From Hemiscyllium ocellatum (lineage: Eukaryota): DNA of 64,000 nt. The first letter of the stretch is position 1. Each line of letters opens with the position of its first letter. This document shows positions 63,448 through 64,000 of this stretch, in pieces. The position numbers were made by a program, and so were the translations under genes. The notes under the pieces are model-generated. The model made no database searches, was not told the DNA's origin, and worked only from the letters and a program-made list of their open reading frames with translations. The stretch covers positions 89,023,857 through 89,087,856 of the forward strand of contig NC_083407.1 in NCBI RefSeq assembly GCF_020745735.1, written 5' to 3'.

Positions 63448-63605
63448 AAAAACAAAGAGTTCCAGATACTGGAAATCTAAAACAAAAACAAAAATTGCTG
63501 GAAAAATTCAGCAGATCTGGCAGGATCAGTGGAGAGAAAGCAGAGTTAATGTTTTGGGTCCAGTGTCTCTTCTGCTGAGCTTTACCAGTAATTTTTAGTT
63601 TTTAA
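63448..63605. mobile_element. palindromic pLTR relic, same family as 55877
   Basis: Minus tail up to HHR stem II (AGTTAATGTTTTGGGTCCAGTG) followed by an inverted tail CTGCTGAGCTTTACCAGTAATTTTT. Confidence 0.65.
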
Positions 63606-64000
63606 CTTCCCAATTGGATGTGGGGGGAATGGAAAGCTGCAATTTTGCTCATGGTCATTTTATTGAAGTAAGTGTCTGAATCTTTAATTGTACGTATCAC
63701 ATCATTGAGAGAAGGTCTAAAACTTGTGGATGTGTTTTTATAGCCAGAGCACTCTTTTGGAGAAATAAGATACCCCTCTGGGTCTAGTTGAAGGGCACTT
63801 TTGCGGGATTTAAAGCACTCCTTGACAGAAGTAAGGCACCTCTTAAGGCACTAAAGCCAGATGCCATTTGGGTTGTCAAAAGTGGATATACTTGTGCAAA
63901 AATGTATCAACTTATTTGGATAGTTTAGCTGTTAAAGGAACTATCAAGACTGGCAAGGCATTTAAAAGTGCAGCCATTTAATCTTTGAAGAAAAATTGGA

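Overview
Eukaryotic, repeat-rich vertebrate DNA, most likely a shark (inferred from HE1-type V-SINEs and shark-type gamma-crystallins). It carries a tandem cluster of four intact three-exon gamma-crystallin genes, all on the minus strand (9/243/276-nt coding exons, 175 aa each, with GT-AG junctions, TATA/Sox/Maf promoter motifs and AATAAA signals). One gene is divergent and gammaS-like (10250-14350). The other three (24342-27179, 38696-40448, 57739-59526) have near-identical exons but strongly diverged introns, which points to exon-limited gene conversion. The rest is a transposon landscape: CR1, L2-like, Rex1/Babar and Tx1/L1 LINE fragments, SINEs, solo LTRs, Harbinger relics and many Penelope-like elements (PLEs). 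The most striking non-genic signal is about 15 minimal type-I hammerhead ribozyme (HHR) motifs from at least five PLE families with covarying stems. Many sit in short, target-site-duplicated, head-to-head palindromic mini-elements whose fold-back junction lies in the ribozyme itself. A young PLE with an uninterrupted RT + GIY-YIG frame (45897-48129) has inserted, with an 11-bp TSD, directly into the catalytic core of another PLE family's hammerhead. All calls were made by eye; repeat boundaries are approximate unless a TSD is quoted.
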